Positions 19,211 through 29,711 of a stretch of 64,000 nt of DNA are shown here, in pieces. The stretch's first letter is position 1; each line of letters begins with the position of its first letter. The stretch comes from Candidatus Saccharimonadota bacterium (lineage in GTDB: Bacteria > Patescibacteriota > Saccharimonadia > Saccharimonadales > VXPC01): NCBI GenBank assembly GCA_026707815.1, contig JAPOWB010000009.1, positions 70,752 through 134,751 on the forward strand. Direction: 5' to 3'. Position numbers and translations under genes: made by a program. Below the pieces are notes generated by a model. It was given only the letters and a program-made list of their open reading frames with translations, made no database searches and was not told the DNA's origin.

Positions 19211-19471
19211 ATGAATCAGCCATCAAATATTCAAATTTTCACCACTCCTAACTGTAGTTTCTGCCGAGTCGTTAAAAATTATTTCCAAAGTTTAAATATT
19301 GATTTTGAAGAGGTTGATCTTAGTCAAAATCAGCAAGGTTTTGAATGGTTGATTGAAAAGACTGGGCAAGCTGGTGTACCCGTAACAGTCTTTAATAATT
19401 CTCAGTTTGTTATCGGTTGGCAAAAACAACTACTTGATGATCAACTACGGCAATTAGCTTTAATTAAATAA
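19211..19471 (+). CDS. Glutaredoxin/NrdH-like thioredoxin-fold protein
   Basis: 86 aa with CSFC (CxxC) near the N-terminus and a GVPVTVF cis-Pro region. Confidence 0.7.
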   Translation: MNQPSNIQIFTTPNCSFCRVVKNYFQSLNIDFEEVDLSQNQQGFEWLIEKTGQAGVPVTVFNNSQFVIGWQKQLLDDQLRQLALIK

Positions 19472-19475
19472 TCCA

Positions 19476-20450
19476 ATGTCTTTGCTAAGATGGTTTGGTC
19501 GAATTTTTAGTTTGCTGACTTTTTTACTCAGTTTAAGCATTATTTTAATTATCGGTCTAGCTATTACTTGGGGAATATCTAGTTGGTATCGTTATAGTCA
19601 CAATAACCAGCCTCAACAGTGGGGTTTAGTTTGGTCAAGTAAAGAAGCTAAAAATAATAATCTAACAACTAAAGATTTAGACAATCTTTTAAGCCAAATT
19701 CCTTTCAAAAAACTTCAATTAATGACTTATTGGGACATTTATGAGATTGAAAATGATGAATATCAATTTGAGAATTTAAAAGATATCTTTGAATTAGCTA
19801 GAGGACGTCATGTAAAAATTGATTTGCAACTAGGGTTGCATCAAAGTTTTACTCCCTCATGCCACCAGCCTGACTGGGCAAAATCGCTGAATAAAATTAA
19901 ATTTCAAGATGAATTGAAAAGCTATATAGAAAAAATAATTTTGGAGTTTGATGCAGTTATTAATTTAGAGCAATATCTTCTAGAACCTGAAATTTTCCAA
20001 GCTAATGATAATCAGTGCTTGCATCAGTTAACTGAAAATGATTTAGAGGAATTTTATAATTTCACAAAATCTCTAACTGACAAGCCAATAATTATCAGTC
20101 GCAATAATAATAGCCCTCTATGGAGAAAAGAAAGGATTTCAGCTGATGGTTATGGCATTAGCTTGATCCCTCAGCAACATCTCAATCAAGGCAATTTCTT
20201 CGCCAAAAATATTCCATCTAGTTGGTATACCTTTACAGCGGGTAATTTAAAGCTCTTTCATGCTGAATCTGAAATTTTAATCAGAAAGATTAATTTAACA
20301 ACCCCGGCTGAACAAGATGATTTAGAGCAAATTTTTGACTACTTAAGAAGAATTGGCATCAAAAAGATTTATCTTGATGGGGCAAGTACTTGGTTGAACA
20401 ATCCAGCCATGCTTGAAGTAATCAAAAAGCAAATTGAAGCTGATTTTTAA
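19476..20450 (+). CDS. Hypothetical membrane-anchored protein (possibly a TIM-barrel glycosidase-like fold)
   Basis: N-terminal TM helix. YWDIYEIENDEYQFENLKDIFELARGRHVKIDLQLG weakly resembles glycoside-hydrolase N-terminal strands. Confidence 0.35.
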   Translation: MSLLRWFGRIFSLLTFLLSLSIILIIGLAITWGISSWYRYSHNNQPQQWGLVWSSKEAKNNNLTTKDLDNLLSQIPFKKLQLMTYWDIYEIENDEYQFENLKDIFELARGRHVKIDLQLGLHQSFTPSCHQPDWAKSLNKIKFQDELKSYIEKIILEFDAVINLEQYLLEPEIFQANDNQCLHQLTENDLEEFYNFTKSLTDKPIIISRNNNSPLWRKERISADGYGISLIPQQHLNQGNFFAKNIPSSWYTFTAGNLKLFHAESEILIRKINLTTPAEQDDLEQIFDYLRRIGIKKIYLDGASTWLNNPAMLEVIKKQIEADF

Positions 20451-20480
20451 AAAGCTTCTGTGTCATATAAAATAAAAGTT

Positions 20481-20927
20481 ATGGAACAATCATCTCAGAT
20501 TGTTAATCGTCGAGTCAACTACGATTACCAGCTTGGATCCAAGGTTATCGCTGGCATAGCCTTAACAGGAGTTGAAGTTGGCAACATTAGACATAATCGT
20601 ATTAGCCTAAAACAAGCTTTTGTCAGCTTGGAAAATGATCAGGTTTGGTTAAAAAATTTAATGACCTTTACTAGTCTTAAGGAATCAACTGCGGGAATGA
20701 ATAAACACAGATTATTATTGACTAAACCTCAAATTAAGAGCCTCCAAAAGGCTCTCAGTGGTCAATATAACACCATTATCATCACTCGATTATTGTTAGG
20801 GCGATACATTAAGATTGAAATTGCTCCAGCTAAGGGGCGGAAAAAATATGATAAACGAGAAGCCCTGAAAAAGAGAGATAATCTCCAAAAGGACAGACGT
20901 CGCTTAAAGGGGGAGATGGTCGATTGA
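20481..20927 (+). CDS. smpB: SsrA-binding protein SmpB
   Basis: VNRRVNYDYQLGSKVIAGIALTGVEV matches the SmpB N-terminal pattern, with a basic C-terminal tail. The listed start at 20460 is GTG; ATG at 20481 is preferred. Confidence 0.8.
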   Translation: MEQSSQIVNRRVNYDYQLGSKVIAGIALTGVEVGNIRHNRISLKQAFVSLENDQVWLKNLMTFTSLKESTAGMNKHRLLLTKPQIKSLQKALSGQYNTIIITRLLLGRYIKIEIAPAKGRKKYDKREALKKRDNLQKDRRRLKGEMVD

Positions 20928-20928
20928 T

Positions 20929-21732
20929 ATGCTTAAATTTGTTTCATGGAATATTAATGGGTTGAGAGCTTGCCTAGAAAAGCGGGGGCTACAAAATTTA
21001 ATCCAAAGTCACCAACCAGATGTTTTATGCTTGCAGGAAATTAAAGCTACTCCCAATCAAGTCGCTACTGATATTTTTTCCGATTATCAAGCTATCTGGA
21101 ATCCAGCTCAACGCAAGGGTTATAGTGGAACCCTGATTCTATCTAAGCTAAAAATTCTAAGTCAAAGCCTGAATTTCAGCGCCACTTTAAGTAGTAAATA
21201 TAAATTAGCTGATCAATATGGTGATACGAATGACGAAGGGCGAGTCACGACAGTAGAATTTGAGCATTTCTATATCATCACTGTTTACACTCCAAATAGT
21301 AAGGGTGATCTCAGTCGACTATCACTTCGACAGCAGGCTTGGGATCCTGCTTTTAGAGAGCATTGCCAAATTCTGAGTCAAAGTAAACCTGTTTTAGTTT
21401 GCGGAGATTTAAATGTCGCTCATCAAGAAATAGATTTAGCTAGACCAAAAGAAAATATTGGTTGCCATGGCTTCACTGATGAAGAAAGACTGGGCTTCGA
21501 TAAATTGCTGGAGAGTGGCTTTCTTGATAGTTATCGCCAACTATACCCCCAGCAAAAAGAATCTTATAGCTGGTGGACTTATTGGCATAATGCCAGAGCT
21601 AAGAATATTGGTTGGCGGATTGACTATTGGTTGATCAGCCAAAAGCTTAAAAGTAATTTACAGCAAGCGACTATCCACGCTGATATTTTTGGCTCAGATC
21701 ACTGTCCAGTCAGCATAGAAATGACAATCTGA
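20929..21732 (+). CDS. xth: Exodeoxyribonuclease III (AP endonuclease)
   Basis: SWNINGLRA, CLQEIK, and C-terminal GSDHCPV motifs. Confidence 0.9.
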   Translation: MLKFVSWNINGLRACLEKRGLQNLIQSHQPDVLCLQEIKATPNQVATDIFSDYQAIWNPAQRKGYSGTLILSKLKILSQSLNFSATLSSKYKLADQYGDTNDEGRVTTVEFEHFYIITVYTPNSKGDLSRLSLRQQAWDPAFREHCQILSQSKPVLVCGDLNVAHQEIDLARPKENIGCHGFTDEERLGFDKLLESGFLDSYRQLYPQQKESYSWWTYWHNARAKNIGWRIDYWLISQKLKSNLQQATIHADIFGSDHCPVSIEMTI

Positions 21733-22535
21733 TGACTTACCTCAAACAAATTGATCAAGCCTTATTCCCAGATTTAATCTGGGCAGAACCTCAAATCCAG
21801 CTAGATAAACCCAAAGTTTTAATTATGGGTGGATATGCTAATGGCTTGAAAATGCCTTTGCAAGCCTTCCAGATATTAAAGACGGGCAATTTTAATATTA
21901 AAATTGCTCTACCAAGCTCTCTAAAATCTCTGCTAAAAATCAAGGTTAACAAGAATGAATCAGATGTATTATTTTTTCCCAGTACTGAAGTTGGTAGTTT
22001 TAGCTTGAAAGCCCAAGACGATTTATTAAATCTAATCAATACTCAAGATGCTTTATGGATTGCTGGAGACACTAGCCACAATCAACAAACGCAACAGTTA
22101 ATTCAAAATTTAATGACCCAATCAAAAATTCATAAATTCCTCAATAGCTCAGTGCTGCCATTAATCTTAGATAGAAATCTTAATCAAGTCAGCAATCTTA
22201 ATTTAATGCTTTTGCCAAATGATTTAATCCATCTTAATAAAATCTTTAAAACTGCTAATAGCTATAATCAGAAATGGAACTTAGATCAATTTGGTCAATT
22301 TCTATCCGAACTGCCAATTAATTTTCATATAATATCCCTTTGGAATCGCCATCTGTGGGTTAAAAAAGAACAAAAAGTTTGTGCAACCACTATAAATCCC
22401 AAAATCTTGGTTAAAGATTCGGAAAATGACCTGTTAAAAATCACTAAATTTTTTATAGCAGAAACCTTTATTAAATCTCAGACTCCTTGGCAAAATTTAG
22501 TCAACGCCAGTTGGAAGTCTTTAAATAGTCAATAG
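21732..22535 (+). CDS. Hypothetical protein (weak YjeF-C/carbohydrate-kinase-like N-terminus)
   Basis: KPKVLIMGGYANGLKMPLQAFQILKTGNFNIKIALP resembles the start of NAD(P)HX dehydratases, but the C-terminal GSGD motif is absent. Confidence 0.3.
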   Translation: MTYLKQIDQALFPDLIWAEPQIQLDKPKVLIMGGYANGLKMPLQAFQILKTGNFNIKIALPSSLKSLLKIKVNKNESDVLFFPSTEVGSFSLKAQDDLLNLINTQDALWIAGDTSHNQQTQQLIQNLMTQSKIHKFLNSSVLPLILDRNLNQVSNLNLMLLPNDLIHLNKIFKTANSYNQKWNLDQFGQFLSELPINFHIISLWNRHLWVKKEQKVCATTINPKILVKDSENDLLKITKFFIAETFIKSQTPWQNLVNASWKSLNSQ

Positions 22536-23203
22536 ACTTCAACTAAAATAGGGAAGTGATCAGATAATTTTTGCTCCTTTAAAATTTTTGCTTTGACAAC
22601 TTGACTCATGTCAGAACTGCTAAAAATATGATCTAATTGCAATTTGAAAGGGATTCGTTTCCAAGTATTTTTCAAATGCCAGCACCAAGTTTTGCCTTTA
22701 ACCTTGCTATGATAACCAAGATTCTTCAAATCCCATTTAGCAAAAGGAATAACAACTGTATTTAAATCTCCGCCAAAAATAACTTGATTTCTAGGCAAAA
22801 AGCGAGTTAATTGTTTGCGTTCAGCTTTTCGGCGACTAATTTCTTTTAATCTTAAATAGGTTAGATGAGTGGTTGCAATGGTAAAAGTTTTGTTACCTCG
22901 GCGAGTTTCAATCATTAGGAGGTGATTTTGATTCACCTTGCCTTTTCTCATGACTGAAGATAAAAGATAACTTCGAGCTTGTTTAAGGGGTGATTTTGAA
23001 ACAATTAAAACTCCTCTCGAATCAGTATTAGCTTTATAAAAGGTATGCCAATGAGCTTGATGAAAAAGCTCTTTTAAATTATTAGTAGCTTCATTGATGC
23101 AAAAATAATCAATACCCTTATGAATTTGATGAAGCCACATTAAATTCTCAAACAAATCTTGACTGTTAGTAGTAAGACAAGTATTCCAATAAATGATTTT
23201 CAT
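22529..23203 (-). CDS. Endonuclease/exonuclease/phosphatase (EEP) family protein
   Basis: N-terminal KIIYWNT, GGDLN, and C-terminal SDHFPILVEV. Confidence 0.7.
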   Translation of the reverse strand: MKIIYWNTCLTTNSQDLFENLMWLHQIHKGIDYFCINEATNNLKELFHQAHWHTFYKANTDSRGVLIVSKSPLKQARSYLLSSVMRKGKVNQNHLLMIETRRGNKTFTIATTHLTYLRLKEISRRKAERKQLTRFLPRNQVIFGGDLNTVVIPFAKWDLKNLGYHSKVKGKTWCWHLKNTWKRIPFKLQLDHIFSSSDMSQVVKAKILKEQKLSDHFPILVEVY

Positions 23204-23228
23204 TATGCTATATATTTTGAACTATTCA

Positions 23229-24575
23229 TTAATCAAAAACAATATCCAGCAAGCCTCTAGAATTACCAGGCAGGGTAATATTATCTTCCTGAGTTAATGC
23301 TTCCACTTCCACATTATCAGAAGGTATAGGGCTAATCTGCTGAGCAACAACAATTAATCTCTTGGCTGCAGAACCAGGTGGATCACAGGTAATTAAAGTT
23401 AAAGAGTTATTGTGGGCAACTTTTTCTAAAACTTCGGTACGCCCAGGTTTAACAACTTTGGTTTCGTAAATTTTATAAACATATTGTTTACGCTGATAGT
23501 TAACTAAAATTAAATCTCCTAACTCCAAATCTCTGAGATGAGAAAAAATATCTTTGAATTCACCGGGAACATAAAAACTGCCACTAGAATGACCAATGAT
23601 CACAACATTGCTATTATTCTTAGAGCCTCTCTGACCAGGAAATTCGGTCGAAGGATAATGGACAACACCCAATTCTAAAGCATCTTGCATCCTTTCTTCG
23701 AAGCTATCCGGGGATTCAGTGGGATTTTGGCTTTTATAAGATTCAACTTGGCTGACAACTGGGGGAGAAATGCCCAAACGAGGAATAATAACTTTCCAAG
23801 TTGGATCATCTATAAAGCGCTCCTGAGGCAAAACTATAACTGGGGTTGATTGATTAATGCTGGAAGGCTTAATGAAAGGCTGAATTAGTCGATCATTGAA
23901 AAAGTTAAATTGATAAACCACCAAGACAATCAGACCAACTGTTAAACCAAAAGCAATTGATTTTAAAATTTGCTGAAAAAAATCTCCATTATCTTTATAA
24001 GTTGGATAATCCTCAGTCTTTGGCGGTTGAAAACCCAGACTAAATCGCTTAGGTCGACTAGCTACAACTCGACCATCAGTCAAGGTTGTTGATAGTATTG
24101 GAGTTTTAATTTGTGATCGGCTAGCTTGATTACCGCCTAGTCGATGGAAAACATTTTGGAGTTTTTGCTTATATTTTTTAAGAATTTTAACTGTTCCCAA
24201 AGCTATATACTTTAGAACAGGCATTTGACTATAATCAATTTGTTCGGAAGTGGTATGAATATTCGTACTATTGGGTATCACTCCAAGATTATTGATATAG
24301 TGATCAGTTTGAATAATTTTCCAAATTCTTTGTTTTTGGGATTCAGTTAAAGAATCGTAGTAAACTTGCCATTGTCTTTGAATATCTTCTCCGCTGTAGC
24401 CAGCTTTTAAAAGATTGTGAAATCTAGTGATTAAACCTTTGTAACTAGCGTAAAAATTAGCTTCAAGATGAGCATTGAGTTGACGGGACTTATAATTGCT
24501 CGATTGATGGTCTAAGTGATATTGAGAGTCACGACTATGTATATAATCGCTTGATGAGTAATCTCTATTATTCAT
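23229..24575 (-). CDS. Sortase-family transpeptidase with a long cytoplasmic N-terminal extension
   Basis: TM helix (IAFGLTVGLIVLVVY), then a sortase domain with IIGHSSG (His), TLITC (Cys) and RLIVVA (Arg). Confidence 0.75.
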   Translation of the reverse strand: MNNRDYSSSDYIHSRDSQYHLDHQSSNYKSRQLNAHLEANFYASYKGLITRFHNLLKAGYSGEDIQRQWQVYYDSLTESQKQRIWKIIQTDHYINNLGVIPNSTNIHTTSEQIDYSQMPVLKYIALGTVKILKKYKQKLQNVFHRLGGNQASRSQIKTPILSTTLTDGRVVASRPKRFSLGFQPPKTEDYPTYKDNGDFFQQILKSIAFGLTVGLIVLVVYQFNFFNDRLIQPFIKPSSINQSTPVIVLPQERFIDDPTWKVIIPRLGISPPVVSQVESYKSQNPTESPDSFEERMQDALELGVVHYPSTEFPGQRGSKNNSNVVIIGHSSGSFYVPGEFKDIFSHLRDLELGDLILVNYQRKQYVYKIYETKVVKPGRTEVLEKVAHNNSLTLITCDPPGSAAKRLIVVAQQISPIPSDNVEVEALTQEDNITLPGNSRGLLDIVFD

Positions 24576-24778
24576 ATCAGTAAGTGTGCTTGTAATTTTC
24601 TTAAATTATATCATAATATTAGTCTGAAAGACAGTGTACAAGCTTAATCTCTTTAGATTAAATAAGATTTAAGCATCCTCTTTTAAGTATAGCAATATTA
24701 AGAAAAAAATTAACTTTAGACGAATAGATTGAAAATTAGATTTCAATCCAAAAAACTCATTACAATTTGAAGTATTTA

Positions 24779-25462
24779 TTAACGAGAAGTTGCATGATAT
24801 CGAATTAATTCAGCTTCCATTTTCTTGATTTCAGTTAATTTAACTAATTTAGCATGTATTTCTAAGCGACCAGAACGATGAGCATTCAAGAGGCGTTTTT
24901 TAATGGCAGACTTGTAGCCAAGTAAGCCGTTGCTATGCATCTTGGTAAATCTTTTTATCAAGGAATTTTCTTTGGTATGACCAATATACTGCACTTTACC
25001 ATCAACTAGATAGCAATATAATAAGCCATGTTTTGGTTTATTATGCATAGTTCCTTTAGTGAAAGTCTTTAAATTATTTTCATCGCCGAATACTCTAGAC
25101 CAAAGACTATTGATGAATTTCTCATCATGCTGATCACCAATCTCGGGAAAATATTTATTGGCATATTGCCAGACAAACTGCTTTTGAGCCTCGTTAAGTT
25201 TAGAATAGTATTCTTGCCATTTAATCTGTAATATTTTAACTTCACTCTTAGCTTGATGAAGTAATTTTTTACAAAATTCTTGGCTGGATTTCAAATGTCC
25301 GACCTTAAGACTCTTTTGATCTCGATCATTCAAAGTAATATCAGCTAATTGCTGAGCTAATTGATTAGTTGGCAAAGAATTATTAACATTCAAAGTCTCG
25401 GAATCATTCATGATATTCCGAGTAGATTTAGGTCTTAGTAGATTGAATAGACTTGAAGGCAT
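24779..25462 (-). CDS. GIY-YIG-like nuclease domain protein with an N-terminal module shared with the adjacent sortase
   Basis: The C-terminal LLYCYLVDGKVQYIGHT...KRF...MEAELIRY fits GIY-(x)-YIG/R/E spacing. The N-terminal WQEYYSKLNEAQKQFVW parallels WQVYYDSLTESQKQRIW in the 23229..24575 product. Confidence 0.45.
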   Translation of the reverse strand: MPSSLFNLLRPKSTRNIMNDSETLNVNNSLPTNQLAQQLADITLNDRDQKSLKVGHLKSSQEFCKKLLHQAKSEVKILQIKWQEYYSKLNEAQKQFVWQYANKYFPEIGDQHDEKFINSLWSRVFGDENNLKTFTKGTMHNKPKHGLLYCYLVDGKVQYIGHTKENSLIKRFTKMHSNGLLGYKSAIKKRLLNAHRSGRLEIHAKLVKLTEIKKMEAELIRYHATSR

Positions 25463-25586
25463 ATAATGAAGATATTCTTTGTTATTTAAATTGATTTATT
25501 TTAGATTGATATTCAAATTGTAATACGCTTAACTGTTGAATAGAAGTTGTAATGTAGAAAAAACAAAATCATTTTTACCCCAGCTT

Positions 25587-27005
25587 ATGAATCAAAAAAT
25601 ACGCACTAGATTTGCCCCAAGCCCAACAGGTGATTTACATATAGGCAGTTTAAGAACTGCTCTCTTTAATTGGTTATGGGCTAGAAGAAATCAAGGAGAA
25701 TTTATTCTAAGATTAGAAGACACAGATCAAAATCGTTTAGTAATGGATGCTGATAAACGTTTGTTATCTGATTTGAAAGATTTAGGTTTGGACTGGGATT
25801 TTGGACCAAACAAGCCTAATTCTGAATTTGGAAGCTGTATCCAAAGTCAAAGATTGGATATTTATCAAACAGCAATAAAAAGACTACTTGATCAGGATAT
25901 TGCTTATAAAGACTATACTTCTCCTGAAGACTTGCAAGAACTACGGCAACAAGCACAAAAAAATAAAGAGCCCTTTCTTTTTCGTCGCAATATGGCTCAG
26001 GAAGCTCCCGGCAAAAATAATCAGTCTTATGTTATTCGCATTGCTATACCCGATAACTTGGATCTAACTTGGCAAGATGTTGTTAAAGGTCAGCAAAGTT
26101 GGCAAGGAAAGAATATTGGCGACTTTATAGCTCTAAAGAGTGATGGCTGGCCAACATATCATTTTGCTAATGTCATTGATGATTATGAAATGCGAATTAG
26201 TCATGTTATTAGGGCTGATGAATGGCTTAGCAGTACTCCGAAGCATTTATATTTATTTGATTGTCTGAACTGGTCGCGGCCGCAATATGTCCACATTCCG
26301 CCAATTTTGAGTTCCAATAGTGGTCAAAAGCTCAGCAAGAGAGACCAAGATGCTAGAGCTAAAAATCTCATAGACAAAGGCTATTTGCCAGAGGCTATTT
26401 TAAATTATTTATCTCTCTTAGGCTGGAATCCAAAGATTGAGCAAGAAATTTATACAATAGATAATTTGATTAAGATTTTTGATATTAAACAAATTCAAGT
26501 TAGCCCATCTCGTTTCGACTCAATAAGACTCGATTGGTTTAATGGTCAACATTTACGATTGATGAGTTTCACTGATCTTTTAAATCAATCCCAAAAATGG
26601 TGGTCGGAGATAGGGCAAAAAGCAGATCGATCTTATAAAAAACAAGTCCTGGAATTGGTTTATCAAAGACTGAAAAAATGGTCTGAATTAGCAGAGCTGA
26701 CGGATTTCTTCTTTCAAAGACCAAAATCGCCTAGCCAAGAAATTCTTTTAAAAAAAACAAAATTGGATAACCAACAGTTAGAGGATTTAACTAAAGCTAG
26801 TATGAAAGCTTTTAAGACTTCAGATTTTTCGGCTTCGGATTTGGAGTTAAAGCTTTATCAGTTAGCTCTAGATCAAAAAGTCAGCCCATCCAAATATTTT
26901 ACTCTTTTAAGATTAAAGGTGACAGGGCGAACAATCGCCCCAGGTTTATTCGAAACTATGCATGTTCTCGGTAAAAATGAGAGCATTGCTAGGTTACAAG
27001 CATGA
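25587..27005 (+). CDS. gltX: Glutamate--tRNA ligase
   Basis: RFAPSPTGDLHIGSLRTALFNW (HIGH) and KLSKRD (KMSKS). ATG at 25587 is preferred to the listed TTG at 25536. Confidence 0.95.
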   Translation: MNQKIRTRFAPSPTGDLHIGSLRTALFNWLWARRNQGEFILRLEDTDQNRLVMDADKRLLSDLKDLGLDWDFGPNKPNSEFGSCIQSQRLDIYQTAIKRLLDQDIAYKDYTSPEDLQELRQQAQKNKEPFLFRRNMAQEAPGKNNQSYVIRIAIPDNLDLTWQDVVKGQQSWQGKNIGDFIALKSDGWPTYHFANVIDDYEMRISHVIRADEWLSSTPKHLYLFDCLNWSRPQYVHIPPILSSNSGQKLSKRDQDARAKNLIDKGYLPEAILNYLSLLGWNPKIEQEIYTIDNLIKIFDIKQIQVSPSRFDSIRLDWFNGQHLRLMSFTDLLNQSQKWWSEIGQKADRSYKKQVLELVYQRLKKWSELAELTDFFFQRPKSPSQEILLKKTKLDNQQLEDLTKASMKAFKTSDFSASDLELKLYQLALDQKVSPSKYFTLLRLKVTGRTIAPGLFETMHVLGKNESIARLQA

Positions 27006-27038
27006 AAGAAGACACAGAGAGAACATGTACAATGGAAA

Positions 27039-28595
27039 TTGATGGATATTAAATTAACAAAAACTGAGTTTCAAAACTATCGTAAATGTCCTTGTTTTGG
27101 TTGGCACGAAAAACATAAAAAGCTACCCCCCGAAGATCCTGACAGCCGGCTAAAACAAATCCGAATTCAAGGCTATCAAGTTGAGGCTTTAGCTACCAAA
27201 TTATTCGCTGGGGGCTGGAAGATTGAGGGGAATCTCCAAGATTCAATCAAAGAGACTAAACGCCTTATCCATGATTCTGAAAATGAAATTTTATATCAAG
27301 CCACAGCTTGTACGCCAGATAAACTCTTGGCTAAAGCCGATATTGTTGCTCTTGACCGCCAAAATCAAGTCCTCGATATTTACGAAGTGAAGCAAGTTAA
27401 TCATTTAGGCAATCAATCACCAAAGACTGATAAGCGTAAGTACAGGGATTATTTAGCAGATATTAGTTTTCAGAAATTTGTCTTTGAAGCTAGTGGCTAC
27501 AAGATAAGGGATGTATATTTAATTCACCTTAATCCTGATTACCGATTAGATCAAGACGTTATTGAAGTTGATAAATTTTTTGAAATTTGTAAACAGACTA
27601 ATCTGTGCAACTCAGAAGATTTCGAAGCAGAAATTCAGGAGGCTTTAGAATGTTATAAGCAACCCCAATCCCCAAAATGTGAATGCAGATTAAAGCCGAA
27701 GAAATATCGCTGTCCAACTTTTAAGTTTTTCAATCCAGATTTGCCGATTAAAAATTCTATTTTAGATATTGCTCGAATTACTCCAAGGAAAATTGAACAA
27801 CTCCTAGATATGGAAGTCAAAAGCATTGAACAGATTGATCTAACCAGTAACTTGGAGTCAATGAGTAAGTGGTCAGAGCGTCAAAAAACTCAAATTAAAA
27901 CTATTCAAACCCAAAAAACTATCATTATTAAAGAAGAAATAGATCTTTTTCTTAAACGCCATGTTCCACCTTTATATTTTCTAGATTATGAAGCAATCGG
28001 CTATCCAATCCCGACTTTTGAAGGGTCTAAACCCCATCAAGCCATTCCATTTCAATTTTCTCTTCATTTGCTTGATCAGAATGAGCGATTAACACATTAT
28101 GAATATTTAATGGCACATAATAACTTGAATGCCTTGAAAAAATTAGTAGCTAATCTTCAACAATCTATAAAAAATAATAACTGCCCAATTGTTGTTTGGC
28201 ATAAGGGAGCTGAGAAGAGTTTTCAAAAAAACATTACCCAGCTTTTACCAGAAACTAGCAGTTTTTTCAAACTGCTAACCAAACGATTTTGTGATTTGGA
28301 AGAAATTTTTACCAAGCAATACTATGTTGACCCAGGCTTTGCCGGTCGAACTTCCTTAAAAGATATTGTTCCTGTTTTAGTTCCTCATTTAGATTACGGA
28401 CAGTTAGCGATTCATGATGGACAAATGGCTAGTGTTAGTTGGGATGAAGCTTTAATTTCATCATCAGAACAAAGAGAAGAGGATTTTCAAAATCTGAAAA
28501 AATATTGCCATTATGATACTTTGACGATGGTTGAAATTTATCAATTTTTACGTAAATTAATCAACAATAAAAAGGATGACTCAAAAACCACATAA
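27039..28595 (+). CDS. DUF2779-like protein (PD-(D/E)XK N-terminal domain plus RNase-H-like C-terminal domain)
   Basis: N-terminal LTKTEFQNYRKCP, ADIVALD...IYEVKQ (D..E.K), and C-terminal YFLDYEAIGYPIP...IPFQFSLH, as recalled for DUF2779. Confidence 0.55.
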   Translation: MMDIKLTKTEFQNYRKCPCFGWHEKHKKLPPEDPDSRLKQIRIQGYQVEALATKLFAGGWKIEGNLQDSIKETKRLIHDSENEILYQATACTPDKLLAKADIVALDRQNQVLDIYEVKQVNHLGNQSPKTDKRKYRDYLADISFQKFVFEASGYKIRDVYLIHLNPDYRLDQDVIEVDKFFEICKQTNLCNSEDFEAEIQEALECYKQPQSPKCECRLKPKKYRCPTFKFFNPDLPIKNSILDIARITPRKIEQLLDMEVKSIEQIDLTSNLESMSKWSERQKTQIKTIQTQKTIIIKEEIDLFLKRHVPPLYFLDYEAIGYPIPTFEGSKPHQAIPFQFSLHLLDQNERLTHYEYLMAHNNLNALKKLVANLQQSIKNNNCPIVVWHKGAEKSFQKNITQLLPETSSFFKLLTKRFCDLEEIFTKQYYVDPGFAGRTSLKDIVPVLVPHLDYGQLAIHDGQMASVSWDEALISSSEQREEDFQNLKKYCHYDTLTMVEIYQFLRKLINNKKDDSKTT

Positions 28596-29664
28596 TTCCT
28601 TGAACCAGCAAATTACTGATCTAATTTTAGATAATATTGAAGACGGTATTTTTGTTATTGATCATAACCAGCAATTAGTTTTTATTAATCAAGGTGGCTT
28701 GAATATTATTGAAGCTTCGACTAATGAACTCAAATTGAACAGACCGTGGACTGAAACCTTAAAATTTGTTAACCAACACAACTTAGCTGTTCAAGATTTA
28801 GATAATCCCTTAAAACAAATTTGGATTCATCAGCAGTCTATTAGGCAAGATGCTTATCTTTTAACATTCAAAGATCACAATACACCAATACACTTAATTA
28901 TTTCGCCAATATTCGACAATCAGCAACAACTAATAGCTGTAGTGGGGGTCATTAGAGAAATGAGTTTGGAAAAGCAACAAGAACAAGCCAAAACTGATTT
29001 TGTCAGTACTGCCAGTCATGAGATGAGGACACCCTTGGCAACCCTAGAAGGTTATTTATCTCTACTCAGTAAACAAGATTTGAATAATCAAGCTAAAATT
29101 TATGTTAGCAAAGCTCATCAAACAGTTTTACATTTGGGTAAATTATTCAAAGATCTTTTAACAACCAGCCAATCAGAAGACGGGCAATTAAGTCATAAAC
29201 CACAGATCATTGATTTGTTGGATTTGATGACAACTAGTTTTAATAATCACCAAGCCTCAGCCAATGAAAAATCTATTACGCTGAGATTTGAAAAACCGTC
29301 AGCATTCAAGCAGGGCTGGTTTATCTATGCCGATCCCAAAAGAATCGCTGAAGTTGTTGATAATTTACTAGAAAATGCTTTGAAATATACTTCAGCGGAC
29401 GGTTTCATTACTTTGAATTTGGAAGAAGTTGATGATTTTTTTCAGCTCCAAATTAAAGATACTGGTTTAGGTATCAGTCAAAAAGATTTACCGCATATTT
29501 TCCAGAAATTTTATCGGATTGATGATAGCCAACCTGGGACTGGATTGGGTTTATTCATTTGTAAAAAGATTGTTGAACTTTATAAGGGAGCAATTTGGCT
29601 GGAAAGCAATCTCGATCAAGGTACAACTTTTTATGTTAATTTACCCAAGCATGAATCTGGATGA
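28576..29664 (+). CDS. Sensor histidine kinase (PAS-like, HisKA and HATPase_c domains), apparently soluble
   Basis: H-box SHEMRTPL, N-box NLLENALKYT, G-boxes DTGLGI and GTGLGL. Confidence 0.85.
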   Translation: MTQKPHNSLNQQITDLILDNIEDGIFVIDHNQQLVFINQGGLNIIEASTNELKLNRPWTETLKFVNQHNLAVQDLDNPLKQIWIHQQSIRQDAYLLTFKDHNTPIHLIISPIFDNQQQLIAVVGVIREMSLEKQQEQAKTDFVSTASHEMRTPLATLEGYLSLLSKQDLNNQAKIYVSKAHQTVLHLGKLFKDLLTTSQSEDGQLSHKPQIIDLLDLMTTSFNNHQASANEKSITLRFEKPSAFKQGWFIYADPKRIAEVVDNLLENALKYTSADGFITLNLEEVDDFFQLQIKDTGLGISQKDLPHIFQKFYRIDDSQPGTGLGLFICKKIVELYKGAIWLESNLDQGTTFYVNLPKHESG

Positions 29665-29711
29665 GACTAATAAAAAGGGGAGAGTATGGTAAAATTTGAA
29701 AAACAATAATC

